Source: Tubiluchus corallicola (taxonomy: Eukaryota; Animalia; Priapulida). From it: a DNA stretch of 38,303 nucleotides. Position 1 is the stretch's first letter. Every line of letters begins with the position of its first letter. A program made the position numbers and the translations under genes. The stretch lies in contig JAQGDQ010001492.1 of the NCBI GenBank assembly GCA_030141605.1, positions 1-38,303 on the forward strand, in the 5' to 3' direction. This document shows, in pieces, positions 36,879-38,303 of the stretch. The notes below the pieces were generated by a model. That model was not told the DNA's origin. It was given only the letters and a program-made list of their open reading frames with translations, and did no database searches.

Positions 36879-37150
36879 AATTCCTAATAAAATTCTGCAT
36901 TGATAGCTATCTACTTTAGTAGATTATCGGCTATTCATCTGATAATTGCCATCTAATTACAAATTGAATAGTAAGCCAGCATTCTTTGCAATGATTACTC
37001 CAAATAATACAGTATGCAATTCCTTGTGAGTTGCAACAAACTAAAGGCATACACAAACGTGACTTCTTCTTAATTTAAAATGTACATTTCACATAATTAT
37101 GCTGCTTTCATTATCGCCAAGTTACGGATTTTTAAAGTATTCTTGTTAGA

Positions 37151-37338
37151 TTTCGCCCCCCCCCCCTTCCTCACGGTGGGCCCGATTCGAAAAATAAACC
37201 ATCAATGGCACGACACTAGATCGAGACCTTTCGTTTGACGTATAGATCGCCGCAAATGGGGCCCTCATCGAAGCTGTAGCCTCGAATCTTATATATATAT
37301 ATAAATTAAGCCCATACCAAGAATATTAATATATAGAT
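37151..37338 (-). mobile_element. Dispersed repeat R1 (Helitron-like), copy 3, truncated
   Basis: As copy 1. Confidence 0.6.
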
Positions 37339-37463
37339 GTTTTTAGATGCAATTAGTTTGACACAGGCGCTTTGGTTCAGTGTTTTAATGTTTTTGTTTC
37401 AACACATCTACCTGGTGCCATGGCTTATGCTCTATGTTTACATCGGCTTCCAGATTGAGAAAC

Positions 37464-38082
37464 GTCTTATGCTGGTCACAAGTAGACCATTGTATACTGA
37501 CAAATGAATATATGCAGACCCTGCATACCAGATTAATCCAGAAAAATATGAACAGACTGTATTTGACTCCATAGTATATTCCAGCAAGTAAGCCAATGAC
37601 TTCTAGTGCTTAGATATTGCTGAGATGAACCTTGTGAGCAGAGACAAGCTGATGGTATTGTGCTCATTCACTTGTTGCAAACAAAAAATTCTGCCAGTAT
37701 TTTTGCATCCCACCAGTAAGTACTTGTACTATGCCTGCACATACTGCCAGAAACAAGGCAAATACCAAGGAATCTAACCAGTAAGTACATGTACTATGCC
37801 TGCACATGCTGCCAGAAACAAGGCAAATACCAAGGAATCTAACCAGTAAGTACATGTACTATGCCTGCACGTACTGCCAGAAACAAGGCAAATACCAAAG
37901 AATCTATCCAGTACATACATGTACTATGCCTGCACATACTGCCAGAAACAAGGCAAATACCAAAGAATCTATCCAGTACATACATGTACTATGCCTGCAC
38001 ATACTGCCAGAAACAAGGCAAATACCAAAGAATCTATCCAGTACATACATGTCAGATCTTCTGAAGAGAAGTCGACTGCCAT
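37464..38082 (-). pseudogene. Decayed duplicate of SLC5 exon 1
   Basis: Starts MAVDFSSEDLT (ATG 38082) and aligns with 35897-35541 through to the TSAYE equivalent. It has a TGA in place of the R of NKRM, frameshifts and an internal 65-bp tandem array. No exon 2 copy follows. Confidence 0.85.
37716..38052. repeat. 65-bp minisatellite, about 5 units, derived from SLC5 TM1 codons
   Basis: Unit starts at 37716, 37781, 37846, 37911, 37976, 38041; the minus strand reads W(I/L)DSLVFALFLA(V/A)(C/R)AGIV in each unit. Confidence 0.9.
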
Positions 38083-38303
38083 TTCAAGAATAATTTTGAG
38101 GGTTTTTTGGTGACCATGTTTTCAGCAACAGGCGTATCCTCTGATTTTCTTCATTTCCATTTGCGTAAAAAGGACCACTGACAATCCAGTAAGTGTACCC
38201 TGAACTGTCCTAGAGAGATCTGCACAGTGTGGACAATCGTTTCACATTACTTCTTTAATGCTGATTATTAATTACGTTTTATGCTGGTCAGAATGCCCTT
38301 CAC

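Overview
AT-rich animal (probably invertebrate) genomic DNA with spliced genes and many repeats; no prokaryotic features. The ORF track misses most real exons and its long ORFs are mostly repeat artefacts. (1) The first two coding exons of ANKRD27/VARP lie on the minus strand (6054-5950, 5059-4940) and the gene continues off the left edge. (2) Head-to-head with it is SLC9A8/NHE8 on the plus strand, with 12 coding exons from 9373 to 28758. I found none of its C-terminal exons in the window. Its intron 8 is a U12 minor-spliceosome intron that reads AT-AA rather than AT-AC and holds two oppositely oriented copies of one hAT MITE. (3) An intact two-exon SLC5 (SMVT/SMCT/NIS-like) sodium:solute symporter lies on the minus strand (35897-33514), apparently nested antisense in an NHE8 intron. 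Upstream of it is a decayed copy of its exon 1 in which the TM1 codons were amplified into a 65-bp minisatellite. (4) Two partial copies overlap to reconstruct a 5S rRNA-headed SINE. There are also several hAT, Tc1/pogo and Kolobok-like MITEs, Helitron-like repeats, a Bel/Pao gag fragment, LINE remnants and many mini/microsatellites. Gene identities come from hand translation and remembered protein sequences, not database searches.
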